From assembly GCF_001194135.2 (NCBI RefSeq), contig NC_068996.1:35557161-35598128 (forward strand): a stretch of DNA of 40,968 bases, read 5' to 3'. Made by a program: the position numbers and the translations under genes. Origin of the DNA: Octopus bimaculoides (lineage: Eukaryota). How positions within the stretch are numbered: the stretch's first letter is position 1; each line of letters begins with the position of its first letter. Under the pieces are notes generated by a model that searched no databases, was not told where the DNA came from, and saw nothing but the letters and a program-made list of their open reading frames with translations. Shown here piece after piece: positions 40,222-40,968 of this stretch.

Positions 40222-40271
40222 GTCTTTCTACTCTATAGACATATATACATATGTCTATAGAGTAGAAAGAC
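40222..40271. repeat. Perfect 23-bp inverted repeat with 4-nt loop
   Basis: gtctttctactctatagacatat-atac-atatgtctatagagtagaaagac. Confidence 0.95.
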
Positions 40272-40568
40272 GAAGAATAACAAAGTAACAAGGCATAAGG
40301 AATGTATTTATGTGAAAAATTGCATGTCATAAAGATTGAATACTTGACTTTTCATATAAATACGTTCTTTACTCCTGTTATCATTTGCTTGTCAGACTAT
40401 TCTTATACCCACTCAATTTCAATTGTTCTTCCAGTCAACTCCACTACCTCAGGACTACCAACCCCAATGAAGTTGAAGTTTTCAAAATGATCTCACTGAA
40501 CACTACTTGGTAACTATCTAAACTAGCTATTAAACTAACATTTTATCACCATTGTTTATAGATACAAT

Positions 40569-40950
40569 AGGCGTAGGTATAGCTGTGTGGTAAGAGGCGG
40601 CGAGCCAGCAGAAACATTAGCACGCCGGGTGAAATGCTTAGCGGTATTTCGTCTGTCTTTACGTTCTGAGTTCAAATTCCACCAAGGTCGACTTTGCCTT
40701 TCATCCTTTCGGGGTCAATAAATTAAGTACCAGTTACGCACTGGTGTCAATATAATCAACTTGATCCCTTTGTCTGTCCTTGTTTAGCCCCTTGTGGGCA
40801 ATAAAGAAATAAGAAGCTGGCTTCCCAACCACATGCTCCTGGGCTCAGTTCCACTGTGTGGCACCTTGGGCAAGTGTCTTCTACTATTGCCTCAGGCTGA
40901 CCAAAGCTTTGTGAGTGGATTTGGTTAGATGGAAACTGAAGGAAGCTCAT
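40569..40950 (+). mobile_element. Family A SINE with a family D SINE (40596-40814) nested in its tRNA head
   Basis: The head gctgtgtggtaaga|agctggcttccc is split; taaga is duplicated at 40591-40595 and 40810-40814. Confidence 0.85.
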
Positions 40951-40968
40951 CATATATATATATATATA

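Overview
AT-rich animal genomic DNA with four N gaps, many TA/TG microsatellites and dense SINEs. The repeat families and the gapped assembly suggest an octopus (coleoid cephalopod); this is recalled family resemblance, not a search result. The centre holds one gene on the + strand. It has a CpG-richer promoter/first exon (about 11.7-12.4 kb) and a 3.3-kb intron with no recognisable TE. A single exon of about 9.4 kb carries the whole 3069-aa ORF: three decapeptide arrays, SIM-like motifs, four AT-hooks and eight C2H2 fingers. An intron starts 3 nt after the stop codon. The flanks hold decayed TEs: two CR1-like LINE copies with complementary deletions, Tc1, hAT and piggyBac-like MITEs, HERO, R4/Dong and RTE remnants, and several SINE families. 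The most unusual signal is at 27.3-30.1 kb: four copies of a short element with a hammerhead-ribozyme-like core (CTGAnGA...GAAA), one with a tRNA-type head. They form two inverted pairs with 3' ends facing outward, each pair flanked by a direct repeat (9 and 13 bp) and truncated with the same left/right asymmetry. Other signals: a decayed fragment starting at the mature 5' end of 18S rRNA, a LINE/SINE shared 3' tail with a compensatory hairpin, and several long foldbacks. No prokaryotic-type features (CRISPR, operons) are present. All alignments and structures were read by eye.
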